DNA of 64,000 nt from Yuukianura sp. NJ FZ-2021 (taxonomy: Eukaryota), in the NCBI GenBank assembly GCA_046563655.1, contig CM102287.1, positions 9,610,001 to 9,674,000 of the forward strand, read 5' to 3'. Made by a program: the position numbers and the translations under genes. Shown here piece by piece: positions 37,594-53,066 of this stretch. Numbering within the stretch: the stretch's first letter is position 1; every line of letters starts with the position of its first letter. The notes beneath the pieces are model-generated. The model was not told the origin of the DNA and did no database searches. It worked only from the letters and a program-made list of their open reading frames with translations.

Positions 37594-40500
37594 CTAAAAC
37601 TTGTGTAGCCAATCCCTGAGGTCCTTTGTCTTGGCCTTGATCGAATCTTCTTCTTGGTACGAAGGGCCGTACGTTTTCCAAATGCGTTCTTGAAGGGCCT
37701 CAAACGTTTGTAATTCGTTTTCAAGAACGTGTTTGGAGGCTTGGTTAAATTCGAGGTTGTTGAGGATGCTGGAGTTTGGTACGGCTGGGGCAGAGGTCAA
37801 GGGGTCACCAGAGGTCACGGTGTATCTCTTGCGGAGGTCACTTGTAGTGATGGCAGGGTGCCAACTAGTGGTCCTTAAGGACTCAAGGGCTCCGTTCTCT
37901 CGCATGATGTTGTACTGGGCTAAAGCTGCTGGAGCAGCGGGGTGGACCAAGGGAGTCAAAAACCCCGGGGGGTCACCATTCTGACCTTGACCTGAAGTAC
38001 CAACCATTGTCCACAGAGATTGCATCTAAAAATTTTGAAAATTTTCGAAATTTTTAAAGATTTTTAAAATTTTGAATTTTTTCACTGAAATTGTTTAGGC
38101 TAACCTGGTTGTCAAGTTTTTTCAGTGACGAGAGAATAGTATCAATGTCTTTGGCCACTTTGGAAGTTACTGGACTCCGAGGACTTGGACTGTGCGCATG
38201 CGTGATCGAACTGCGTTTGAGACTTCCGATACCGGAACTTTCAGTAGTTTCCGACTTCGGTACGAAATCTTTGGCCTTTTGACCTTGGCCTACGTTGAGG
38301 TTAAGGCGATGTCGTTGGGACTTAATAAAAGCCTTAGCTTCTCTTACGGCTTTGTACTGATCCGGAATGTTTCGGACTGGTTCCGGTTCTGGTTGAGTTC
38401 GTTTCGTCGGAACCACAGCAGTTTGTATTCTCCGACTACTTTTGAAAGTAGGACTACTTGACGGTACCAAATTGTGTTTCGATCTGCGTTCCGTATTACT
38501 TGGTTTCTGTTCAAGTTCGATTTCGGTACGGCTCGGTTTCTTGACAACGGTATCCATGTCTAGAATTTGTTCTCTGAGGATTTCCAGTGCACCGAGAGCT
38601 CTGCTGAGTCGATCGTTTGTGATCGGTAAACCGGGACCGGAACTTGCAAAAGAATTGACAAACGAATCAGCTTCTGAAACGACACTGGGAGTTTCGGGTT
38701 CGTTCGGAACAAAAGGCGGGAAGTTGGTAATTTCTTCTTTCAAAGCAGCGTAACGCTGCTGAAGTATTTTGTACTTTCGTTTTGTTCTTGAAAGTTCCCG
38801 CTCTTTAGTTTCCAACGAATATGAAATTGGTGGAGAAATACTTTCCAGAGGGAAAGGTTTCTGATTGGTCGGTTCCTTCGATACTTCTCTCTGATTGGTC
38901 GCCTTCTCAGCCTCCTTTTGCTCTTGTTCCAGTTTTGCTTTTTGATCGCTGAAGGTTTGCCGGAGATCTTCCAGCGCTTTGTGCTGATCTTGTCGTAGTT
39001 TGGTTATCTGAAAATTTCAGAAAATCATTTTTCAAAAAAATCTTTCACAATTTTTTTTTTTCGAAATTTGTGATACCTCGTTTTGCCATTCTTGCTTCAG
39101 AGTCTCCAATAGTTGTTGATGAGAAGCTTTCAAGCGATCCAGCTCTAACTGCTGTTCAGCGTGCAGCGATTTTCGAAATTCTTCAGACTGCGTTTTAATT
39201 TGTTGTTCAATTTGTTCAAACAGCATCGTTTTTTGTTTAGCCAAGAGAGCTTCTTTGTCCAACAGTTTAATTTCAGTGGAAACTTCACTCAGAATCTGCA
39301 AATTCAATTTTTTTTTAAAACAAGCTTGATTTTTCCCAAATTTGACCTCTGACCTGCTCGTTTCTGGAAATAATTTCAGTTTTCCTGTCACTGATGGCCT
39401 TTTCTCCCTCAATTTTCAATTTTTCAATTTCAGCTGCCAAAAGTTTTTCGTTTTCAGCCTTTACAGTGCTCAGTTCGTTTTCAAATTTCTCTTTCGCCAT
39501 TTCCTTTTCATGGACCAATTTTTGTAAATTTTGAGCCTCAAGGTCATCCAGCTCCTGCTTCAAAATTTTCTCGCGCTCTTGCTGCTCGTCGCTTAGTTTT
39601 TGACGAAGTTCGGCCAAATCTGCCTCCATTTTAAGCCTAAGTTTTTCCTCTTCCTAAAATTCAGCGATTTTTTCCAAATTAAACAATTGTGATTTTTTCA
39701 AAATTTAAAAAAAAATGCTACCAAATTTTTTTTTAGTTTACTTTTTTCATGTCTGCAGCGATGTCCTCTCCAGCTCCTTTTTCTTGTGCAGCGTTCTTTG
39801 GAAGAACCGCTTTTGGCTGAGATGTCGCTGGAGGAGCAGGAGGTTTCTGCTGCGCATTGGCTTGTTGAACGACATTTTTCGGTGGAAATGTCGCCACTGA
39901 AGCGACATTTGCTTTAGGCTGAGCTGGTATCTGTTGTACCACTGGTTTTGGTTGAGATGTCGCCACTGGAGCTGCAGGTTTCGACTGTGTAGTTGCTTGC
40001 GTGGTGACATTTGGTTTCGACTGAGGCGTTGATGCAAGTTTTTTTGGTGATGTCGTTACCGGAGCTGAAGATTTTGTTGGAGATGTCGCCACAGTAGCAA
40101 CAGGTTTTGGCTGAGATGTCGCTTGTGGGGCGACATTTGGTTTCGGCTGGGCTGTTGTTGATGCTGTGACACTGGAAATGACTTTTGTATTGGTAGGTTG
40201 TGTTCTAACAGGACTGAGACCAATAGTTACTGGAACTGGTCTGGGGGTCATAGGTTCATTGACCTTGACCTTGTCAGAAATTGGTTCTGATCCGTTGTCT
40301 TCTGAAGTCTGCTCACTGCTAGACCCATCCTGTTAAAAATAACACTTCAAAAATGTGTTTTTCAAAAATTTCAAACGTTTTGCTTAAATTTTTTTAAATT
40401 TTCGAACATTTTGAACAGAAGAGCCTCTGGACGACGTTTCAAACTTGAGGTCAATGTCATCTTCCAAATTAAATTGAATGTTGCCCTTGGCCTTCACTGG

Positions 40501-41960
40501 AGCCTTCGCTGGAACTGAAAAGCAAAGTTAGACACACGATTCTGCGAAGTTCCAGTTGCGTACAAATAAAAAATGGCATACTTTTGGGAGAGGAGAGGAC
40601 AGGAGTTGAGGATTTAGTAGGTCCGTTGTGATATGGAAACAACTCGCGCATGCGTGAAACAGACTGACCCGATTTCGCTTGTCCAGAACCCGTGACCTTT
40701 GGTTTCTCAATTTGATGCCCAAAGTCCGACACGGACTCTTCTGTTGAAAACTGGTCACTCAATGGTCCAATTGATGGTGGATCTGACGCATAAGGAAACA
40801 GAATTTCAGAATTTTCAGAAATGTTTCAGAAATTCTTCCGGAGTTTCAGAGATTCTTCAGAATTTTACCTTCATCTGGAATCCAGCGTGGTGGTACAAGT
40901 TGCCTTCCATCCTCCAGTCCCATTGGCTTAGCCCTGACAAGCGGTTGACGTGCTGGAGCCAAACTTTGAGCTGGTTTTCCAATTGGCAGAGGAGCAAGAC
41001 GCTTTGGTGGCGGGAGAGACTTGATGTGACCCAAGGGGTCACTGGGGTCATTGACCCCTGAAGCTGCAGCGCCCCCTGGAGTCAATGGCAAAGCTTTCCT
41101 CAGAGGCGGGAAATCTTTTATCGACGTTTTTGGTCTCGGAAATTCAGAATTTGAAATCATTGTGGCGGAACTGGATCGACTTTCGACTACTTTTTGTTTA
41201 TAAACAGCGTTCAACGGATGTTCCCACTGCGTAGTCCCGTTGTCAACATTGAGGTAAAAATAGGCGTTTCGAGTCGGATCGTGACTGCAAAAATTAATAG
41301 TTTATAATATGATTTACATGTATGCGTTTATAGGTTGTGTTTATGCGTTTATAGTCTATGTTTATGTTTAGTACCAAGGTTTCCAATTGGTCGGAAGTGG
41401 TTGAGCCAATCCCTCTCGTGCCAAATGAAGCAGATGCGGTTCCTTTTCAGTATCAATTCCAATAATTTTTCCAAATTCGACAATTTCTGAAACAAAAAAT
41501 TACGAAATTGGATTCATAGATCATTTTCGTTTTGTAATAAGTTCATGTCACAGAAACATGCGATTAGGTACTAAATTAGCCTGCATTTGACTGTAATCTT
41601 ATGAATCTATCGGATGATGCGAGATGACATTTGATTGATCTGTGGTCGCATGTTTCAAACCAATTTCCAAAATTTAGTTTTCAAAATTTTAATTTCCGCC
41701 ACAAAAGAACGAAATAGTATTAAAATTGTAGTTTTCAAAAACTAATCGTAAGTTTTTATTTCACTTTCAAACCGTGTCTAAAAGGTTTTGCCAAATTTAG
41801 AGAAAATTTCGAAACACAAATTTTGAAAATGCGTTTTTTTAAAAAATTGTTGACCTGATTCTGTGAGTTGATCTTGAGGTGAAGGCGGAAGTTCTTTGCA
41901 AATTCTAGGCGACGTTCCTCTGGATCCTTGCTGCTGGAGACCAGAAGGAGTTGATTGCAT
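37594..41960 (-). CDS. CEP164: Centrosomal protein 164-like
   Basis: N-terminal [40 protein letters not shown] domain [16 protein letters not shown], then a low-complexity region and long coiled coils. Confidence 0.88.
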
Positions 41961-42765
41961 AGTTAATTAAAAAAAGTGGAGAGTGCAGAGGTGTGAATTG
42001 GCAAAAACCAAACACAGTCAAACACCATCACAATTTTCCAACTTTTTACAAATTACTGAAATCAAATTCGACAATTTTAGCTTCTTGCCACTTTCTGACA
42101 CAATTCTTTTTGAAACACGAAGCTCTTCATCCAGGAAGGACAGATGCTCAGTGACAACTGATTTCGAAATTCAAAAAAGTCAAAACATGTGGAACAAACT
42201 GAAGAGTTTTTGCAACAGTCGCGTTGACATGGCAACGCACCCAAAACAATTCTCAAAACTACGTCTCTCAGCTCCCCCTTCATCTTCCGCTTCCGTTTCC
42301 CTCGCTCATGAATCATATATCCGAAAATTATACTGTTTGACAATAAATTTTTCCAAAATTTACAAAATTTTGATGACAACATTTGCATTGTTCTGATACT
42401 GAAACTTTTTTTTTTTTTTGTTAGAACGAGTTTAGTTTGAAATGAGAAAATGCGCTTCTTCTAAATGTACAAAGGACAACTTTTATGTTAGGTTGGAGTA
42501 AGTTTTTTCATTTCTGTTGTCGTAACTTTTTCACTTTCACATTTTGCAATTTTGCTTTTTTTTTGACATTTTTTTGATTGATGCGTTGTCTTGACGACAC
42601 TTCACGGTTTATGATTTTGTTGGTAGAAAATTTTAGATTGTTTCAAGTTAATACGTCCCCAAATCATCGTCGTCGTCGTCGGAATATCGATCACTTTTAA
42701 GGTTTTCTTTCGTTAGGATTTTGTTTGTTTAACCTTGACCTTTTCGTGACCTTTGACTTTTAGAA

Positions 42766-43950
42766 ATGGACGGAGATCGTGATACTGTTGGTATTCAGAC
42801 GAACTTGGAAGAATCGGATCATGACGGAGACGTTTCGGAATCCAGTTCCTCCGAATCGGATTTTGAAGATCCTTCGGATGCCATGTTGGGCGGACTTCGG
42901 CTTGGCATGAGAAGTATTCGCAGACATGCCAGAACCGAAATCGGAAAATCGGATTCCCGTAATTTCAAAATTTGAAAAGCGTTCTAGCTCTTCAACAAAT
43001 TGTTAAAATTTTGATTTTCTTTAAAGTTGGAGCCATGGAGGATATGAAATTCAAACTGGAGAGTTGTACGCTTCGGCTGATCGCTGGAGAGCAAATGTTT
43101 CTGGAGACTGCTCGTATTGTGGCTGGGGTAGTAGATGACATTTGTTCGGATCCAGAAGCACCGCCGAGTGATCCCGAAGATGAAAACGGAAATCCACGAA
43201 TCACAGTGGCTCGCCTCTGCAGTCGGCACAATGATGACAAGCCACGGATTCCCACGTTGGAACAGATGATGAACGACCAGGTCAAAATGGCTGAAGTAAG
43301 TCGCTGCTCATTCAAAAAGAGGTCAAAGGTCAAAATTTTAATTTCGCGCGTTTTTTTTTTCAGTTGTTCAGTAATCGTATGGAAACTTTTGGAAAAACGC
43401 TGACCAAGGAGACGATGAAGGACCATCCAGAGTATGTCGCTTTGCAGCAAGAAATTGCCAAGGGAGAAGCAGGTTTGAAATGAAAAAGTTTGACCTTTGA
43501 CCTTGACCTGACCTTGAAATTTTTAGATTTTGACCTGAAAGGTCACGTGACGTTGCCTGATTGGACAACGGAGTACCATGAAGAGGATTTGCTGGAGGAC
43601 GAGTCAGTTTTGCCGGCGACTGACCCAATTTCTAAAAAGCCGATGTCCAATCCGCTTCAAAACAAATTCTGCAATCACGTGTTTGAACAAGAGTCAATCG
43701 AATTGTTCATTGAAGAAAATCCAGGTCAAAGGTCAGTAAACTTTAACCGCCGAAAAAATACTTTACTGAACTAAAAAAATAAGTTAATTGACACCTAATT
43801 TAATTAACTTCTAATTTGTTGATTGGTTGTTAAATATTTAGCTGCCCAATGTATGCATGTCAAAACAAACGCCCACTGGAAATTCACCATTTTTTCGCCG
43901 ACGTCAACTTGACACGATGTGTTCGTAAGAAAAACAACAAAATGTTTTAA
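42766..43950 (+). CDS. NSMCE2: SP-RING E3 SUMO ligase NSE2/MMS21-like
   Basis: DPISKKPMSNPLQNKFCNHVFEQESI...SCPMYACQN is the SP-RING signature of Nse2; the N-terminal part is acidic and divergent. Confidence 0.8.
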
Positions 43951-44594
43951 AAATCCTCCCATAAACAAAGAACTAAAACAGAAACTATTTAAAAAGTAAT
44001 TAAACTTTGTTTGTAATTGATTAGTTAATTTTAAAACTGATTATTTGTCAATTTACTTTGAATTTTAATCTTGTTATTGTAAGTAACTTTGTTAAAGTGA
44101 AGCTAAAAAGTAATGGGGTAGAGTGAGACGCGGGAGAAGGTGATGCAATTCTGGCGGGAACAGAATTCAAGATAAGTTTGTTTTTGTTGTAAACTTGAAA
44201 AAAAAAATATTACTCTCACAAATTCAAATCAAACATCAGAAAATCTGTCAAGAACAAAGCAAACTGAGAAGGAAGTCGTCAAAGGTCAAAGGTCACATCT
44301 TTTCAGGAAAGGAAAGAAGAGCTTTTGAGGTAAGATGACTAATGTTATGCGTGTCATTGCGTCCCTGTTGTGGAAGTAAGTAACAACAATAGGTTTTCGA
44401 TTCCGCAGATCAGTTGTTTTGGAGTCGGCGGACCGGATAAAACAGTGACTGTGACCGGTAGACTGCACAAGTTCGGGTAAGTACCAGGTATGGTAGTCAG
44501 AGTTATAAAATGGATGTTGTAACTGCGTGAAGGGGATATCATAGCAGTGTTGAAGTCTTAGAATAGCTTCTGACTTTCGTTGTTTCTCTTCAGG

Positions 44595-46142
44595 ATGGCA
44601 CGGACCAGATTTCCGAGTCGTTTGAGGCAGAAGCCGGAGTTGGCAGTTGTCGCCGTGGAAGAAAAGCAAACGGGGATTCGGAAGCGAGGACGCCGTCGCT
44701 TAACCAAACGGCCCAAGGCAAAGAAGAGTACTGTCAAGAATGATGACCCCAAATTGTCACAAAAGGCGACAGTAAAGCTCACTAGGGATCCAATGGTGGA
44801 GAAAAAAGCTGCAAAGACTCGTATGCCAGTTCCAAAGAAAAAGAAGCCCGTGAAAAAGAAGTCCGTCCTGAAGTTTAACTTTCCAACTCCAGTCAATCGC
44901 CGTACTACCAGTAACAGCAATCCTGGTATTGCTAAACTCAGCACATCAAGAGCAACAGGAAGAAGGTCTCTCAAAGCATCCACTGTTACTGTTCCGGTGA
45001 AGAAGATTCAGAAGAAGCCCAAGCGTCTCTCAGCCTCTGTCGGTTCAAAGCAAGTGCAGTTGCCCAAGAAAAAGCAAAAAGCAGCGACTCGTACTCCAAA
45101 ACGCAAGAAGAATGCAGTCAAGAGCCAAACGTTAAAACTCTCATTTTCTATACAAACATCTTATATAAACACTTTACTCCTCGAGCATGTTCAGGAGAAT
45201 CCATTTCAAATCACGCTTCACCGACACGCAGATGCCGAGGCCAAAGCAGAAGCTCTTAAAATTCAACAATCAATTAATGCAAATCTTCCAGGCCCGTCAA
45301 CACAGGGCAGCAGCTGCTCAATTGACGAAATACGTTTCGACCCTCCTCTCCCGCGTGCATCTACAATCGATGACATGATGGCCACAGATGAAACGGTCAT
45401 GGAGAGTGGCAGTCAAGTCAGAAATGCCAGAGCACTGGAACTTGAAACTCAACTGCCTTTGGATGCTGATGAAGAGGAAGAAGAACCGGTTAAATGTATT
45501 GACCTTGACGCTGAAGAGACTCAGGTCATTTCGGAGCAAGAACGGAAATTTTTGGACTCAGATGAGCAGGATGACTCTGTCGGCGAAGAAGAAACCGAAT
45601 GCATATCTGTTGCAGATGATCCTCAAGTGGAACAGGAAGCTTCTATGGATGTTGGAAACGAAGTTGAAATTGAATCAGGGGAAGATCCAGAAAGTCCAGA
45701 AGTTGAAGGAGAAGCTGAGGCGGAGGCGGAAGAGGAAGCAGAGGCAGAAGATGAGGCGGAGGAGGAGGATGTTCAAGCTAACGATAACGAAGTGGATCTG
45801 GTCAGATTGGACAATGTGGAGGAGGAGGAGACTATTCAAAATAGTGATGTGGATACAACTACTGGCGATGTTGAAGATCTTGAGGCGGCTGATGATGGTG
45901 ATGGTGTGCCACCTGATGATGATGATGATGCTGTCTCACCTAATGATGATGATGATGATGTCGGACTCGGAGGATACCCTTGGGACCATGATGCTGATGT
46001 GATGAATGGTGACGGTAACAGTGCAGACGGAGAGGCCAGTTCAACTACTAGTGACGAAGCTCCTCCGGCTATGGATATTGATTTCGGTGGAGATCAGATT
46101 CGAAGGGCTCTAATTAGTGCTAGACAAAGTCCAAGTAAGTGA
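44595..46142 (+). CDS. Uncharacterised disordered protein with a K/R-rich N-half and a D/E-rich C-half
   Basis: Open frame of about 515 codons starting MARTRFPSR just after a splice acceptor. A possible in-frame 78 nt intron lies near 45117-45194, and the 3' end may splice further at gtaagt near 46135. Confidence 0.7.
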   Translation: MARTRFPSRLRQKPELAVVAVEEKQTGIRKRGRRRLTKRPKAKKSTVKNDDPKLSQKATVKLTRDPMVEKKAAKTRMPVPKKKKPVKKKSVLKFNFPTPVNRRTTSNSNPGIAKLSTSRATGRRSLKASTVTVPVKKIQKKPKRLSASVGSKQVQLPKKKQKAATRTPKRKKNAVKSQTLKLSFSIQTSYINTLLLEHVQENPFQITLHRHADAEAKAEALKIQQSINANLPGPSTQGSSCSIDEIRFDPPLPRASTIDDMMATDETVMESGSQVRNARALELETQLPLDADEEEEEPVKCIDLDAEETQVISEQERKFLDSDEQDDSVGEEETECISVADDPQVEQEASMDVGNEVEIESGEDPESPEVEGEAEAEAEEEAEAEDEAEEEDVQANDNEVDLVRLDNVEEEETIQNSDVDTTTGDVEDLEAADDGDGVPPDDDDDAVSPNDDDDDVGLGGYPWDHDADVMNGDGNSADGEASSTTSDEAPPAMDIDFGGDQIRRALISARQSPSK

Positions 46143-47334
46143 ATTACTTTGAATTGAGAGATCATTGTCTAATTAACTTAATAAGAGTCTCTACAGCATT
46201 TAACCTTTCCGAGTAGCCTTTGGTCTCTGATTGGTGGTACAAGTTCTTTATTTCTGAATTCTGTTATGTAATTATATTGTTTTAGCTAATCCAATTAATG
46301 CATGACAATTATATTAGTGTTTAATTAATGTTGCTTTAAAATCTTAGAAGTTAATAATGAATTTTCTTGGTCCTCGTTAATCAAAAGACTTCTAGAATTG
46401 AGTGACCTAACTTACCCTACTATCGATATTTACAAGGTAGTAGTAGATATTTGTTTAGATTCTCTTGTCAGATGCCATTAATTTAAGATATGATTTAAAT
46501 GAAAAGCATATTCAAAATGATAAGGTTGAAAGGTCACTATTTTTTGTGAGAATAAAATACCAAACCAATACCAAATGATTATAAGAAGAGCTCAATTTTT
46601 GCAAAAAGAGGTCATCGCATCCCGGTCGCGTTTTATAGTTTAAAACGTCCATCATAGACTGTAGAGGTTCAAGGTGATCTTTTTTAATTGATGGAATTTT
46701 GGAAGTTCGTTTTTCAGAATTTTTTTTGCATTAATTACGCGAAACGATGTTTTGCAACTACAAATAGCGAAAAAGCTGTGTTGTAATTTTTTGAATTTTA
46801 GGAATTGAAAAGGCCACCAGTGTGAATTTGGTAGAATTGAGATAGGAGATTGTACAAAGCGAAGAGATGGAAAGGAGAGCTGCCTGCCTGTGCCTTTTAG
46901 TTTTGTATGGGGATTCCGCCAGCGGGAAAAAGTTGATGGAGGTAGGGAACCTTTTTAAGCCGTACTATCTCCGCATAGATCCGGACACTTTCCCAGCAGA
47001 ACTTTTAACTTCACTGTGTAAAATCTCTTCTACAAAATTCAAAACTTCATAAATTAAAAAAATTCATATCCCAGGAATGGAATGTCTCGGAGAGCAAATC
47101 TGTACACAACTAAACTCAGAACAATTTATATTTTAAAAATTCAAAAACTAACAAGTGAAGTTTGCGATTGATTTTTCAAAAAAAAAAACATATAGTATTA
47201 TAGTAGTCCACGTTTAATTTTCAAAATTCGACAAATTTTGGATGGTGCATTTTTTGAAAATTTTTGCATCGAATTATTTGAAATGATGTTTTGGCACGTG
47301 AACCGGCGGATGGGGCGTGGCCTCAGAAATCTGC

Positions 47335-47757
47335 AAAAGAGTTAAATGTTACCCCTCGAAAGAGTTACGAGTTAACTCCTTTCCGTTTCTAGAAAATTCA
47401 TTTTTGCAAAAGGAGAAAAAGGGTCAGGGGTAGTTTCGAAGTGCGGACATTCAGAGTGAACAAAAGATGCGCCATGTGTAGTTCAAGAGTGCGGACCTCT
47501 GGCGGAACAGCAAAACGGAAAAAAGAGTTACCAGTTACTCCTTTCGTTTTTATATAAAAGGAAACCGCACCAAATTCTTCTCACTCACTGTCTCGTCTTG
47601 GTCGTGGAAGGGGGCGGTTCCCATTTCCAACTCCAAAAGAGTAGGATTGAGCAGGATCTTACTCCTCAAAAGAGTAACCAGTAACTCCTTCCTTTTTCAT
47701 ATAAAAGGAAAGCTCACCGAATTTTTCTCCTTCATTCTCATCTTTGTCTTGGAAGGG
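47335..47757. repeat. Degenerate tandem repeat (period about 147 bp) with AAAAGAGT(T/A)A..GT(T/A)ACTCCT and TATAAAAG
   Basis: Copies at 47521 and 47668 align over about 90 bp; partial copies at 47335, 47359 and 47635. Confidence 0.7.
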
Positions 47758-48354
47758 AGAACAGCTTCATTGTGTAAATAAAGTAGCAGAGATCTCCTTA
47801 CATCAAAATTTCGAAAATGCATAAGAATAAAAACTTATTAATTAAAAGAGACAGGAATTGAATGATTCGATTCAGGCATTCGTCTTCTGCACAACACATG
47901 ACATCAACTGACCAAATGGAATTTTTTAGTTTTTAATTTTCGTTAGTTCGCTCTCACAACAAGTTTCCACCAAATTGCTTATCACATATTGTTCTAGAAA
48001 GTTTAGGAATTAATTGAAAGTGAAGTGCCCCGAAGAAGCGAAATCAGCGATTCGAGTTTAGATGTTAACTTAAAATTAATTGTTATGATAAAGTAATTTT
48101 AATAATAATAGTAGTAACGTTGAGAAATCCAAATCCTCTTTCCAAATTCGCTCATCAGTCCACTGGGCTTCAAATTCACAGATAGTCGCTGAATCTTCAC
48201 CAAAAAGGTTATCAATGTTCAAATATCGCTGAAAACTCCATGTCCACGTTTCTGAAATTCAAAAAATTAAGACAACTTGAACAAAAAATTTTATAAAATT
48301 TTACAAAATCCATGTCAAAATTATGAATTTAGGTTACCTTACGTTGCATTTGAG

Positions 48355-51087
<2,733 letters not shown>

Positions 51088-52137
51088 CCTGCGTAGTCTC
51101 TAATGGTTGAGATTCTCAACGTTTCTCAACTTGAGAAACTTCAAGGTCCTCACGTCCTAAAAATGACAAAAATACAGACGTCAACTGATTCGTCTCGAAA
51201 ATCGGAATGAAATTCGTGTGACCTGAAATTCATAAAAACACTACGCATTTATGACGTAGAACGACGGAACCTTAGGCTTACCCTAAACGACAATTATTCG
51301 GAAACAGGAATCAGCTGGGAACTGTCGTTCGTTTTACGTTTCCAGACCTCCGAACAAAGTTAATTGACAATTGATGATTAATGACACAATAAGTTAATTA
51401 CCTTGCTCTAATTAGTCAATCCGAGGAATCTATAATGAAATTCCAAACCAAGACGAACAGCTTCCTTCTGGTAATCCAAAATATTCCAGTCCAATTCACC
51501 TTATGCACTGCACACTCCGCTCCGCACCAATCCAACCACCTAACCAAAACACAACACAAAAACAACCTAAAAATAAACACAAAAGGGCTACACTATTCCT
51601 CAGAAAAGTCGGAAATTCCCAAAATGCAAGAAAAACGGAAGTGAAAATTATTATTTTTCAAACAGTCTCAGCTCACTACAAAAAAAACATACCTGACACT
51701 GAAAAATACATGATTTTTTGTAAGAACTCTCTAGAAAAATATAATCATGTATCATTGAACAATCTGGCATGATCTGAATTGAATGAATCTTGAATGATCT
51801 GGCAATGATCCACATACCTTGAGAGAGAAGCTGTTGCATACTTTCTCTTGGTGCGAACTAGTCCGGTCGAAGCCTGTCACTACTGTCAATGATTTCCGTC
51901 GTAAGCGCAGAGCTTCTGCTTCCTATCGATTTTTAATGACACTTCCAGGGTCTGTCGGCTGGAGAATATGCAGGAACCGGAGAAAGTCCAGGGCCAAGGT
52001 GATGCAAGACCCTGGAAGTTAGAAATTCAAAAGCAGGAGCTTTTTAGAATTAGAACATATCTCACCGCCAACGCAAATTAGTAACTATTTTGCTTTCCTT
52101 TGTTGCTAAAAAGTGCAAATTAGAAGGTCACCGGGTA

Positions 52138-52865
52138 ATGGCGTCTTCCACTGATTCGGAATGTCCAGAAGCAGCGGTGACCCAGAAGGTCAGACTGGTC
52201 CGGCATGACCTCAACGCATTTGGTCTCAAGGACAAAACAATTGAGAAGGGCATTGAAGTTGAGATCAGCGCTGAAGTGAGTCGAGAGGACTTTGTCAAGG
52301 ACAATATGCTTCCACCAGACTCTATTTTGAAGGTCAAGGTCAACGGAAACTACGGTAAGGTCCAACTTCCAATTGATTCCAATTAGAAATGGCGCTTCCA
52401 GCGATTCTGTTTTTGTTCCAGTTCCATGGTCCCTCATTCCACTTTGTTGTGCTGACCAAGTGGAAATCCAGGTTCTGCGACCTCGTCAAAACGGTAAGGT
52501 CAAGGTCATCTGAAGGTCAAAAATGAAAAATATTAAAGTTTTAAGTTTTTAAGTTTAACTTTAATTTTAACAAATTCTGTGGTTTAGTCAAACCTCATGT
52601 GAATAAATTCGTTGAGAATCATGACGCCGTTAGAGAAGTCGTTTCGGCTCTTGAGACGCGTGTCAAATCGCTGGAGGAAGATGCCAAACAATCAGTTCTT
52701 GAAGCCAAAGAAGACGCTGAAGTGGAAGCACTATGTAAACAAGTGGACATTCTCAAACGTCGACTCGATGAAAGCGATAAAGCCGAATGGGTCCGAGATG
52801 GTGACGATCCAACAACTTCCAGTAGCGTTGCAGCCGAAGAACAAGAGGAATCCGCTTCCAATTGA
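52138..52865 (+). CDS. Uncharacterised 3-exon protein: putative beta-grasp (ThiS/MoaD-like) domain plus coiled coil
   Basis: Spliced ...IEVEISAEVSREDFVKDNMLPPDSILKVKVNGNY|VPWSLIPLCCADQVEIQVLRPRQN|VKPHVNKF...ALETRVKSLEED..., with clean GT-AG introns and the frame maintained. Confidence 0.65.
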
Positions 52866-53066
52866 TTTGATTTAGGTCAAGAGTTTAACGTTTTACTTTA
52901 GAAATGATACTATTCTTATGGAATCTGAAATCTAAAGAGTCATGACGCTTAAGAGAAGCTACAATTAATAATTAACAAAAAGTGATAGCTTGCTTCAAGT
53001 GAGTTCGTGTTTAGTAGGATCCTAGGAACTTATCGACGAATAAATATGGCGGTGGAAGGTCAAAGG

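Noticed and set aside
45388..46002. 204 aa alternative-frame ORF rich in R/K/M
   Set aside because: Frame shadow of GAG/GAT-rich acidic codons.
46824..47040. Short degenerate inverted repeat around a 61 aa ORF
   Set aside because: Too degenerate, no TSD and no recognisable protein.
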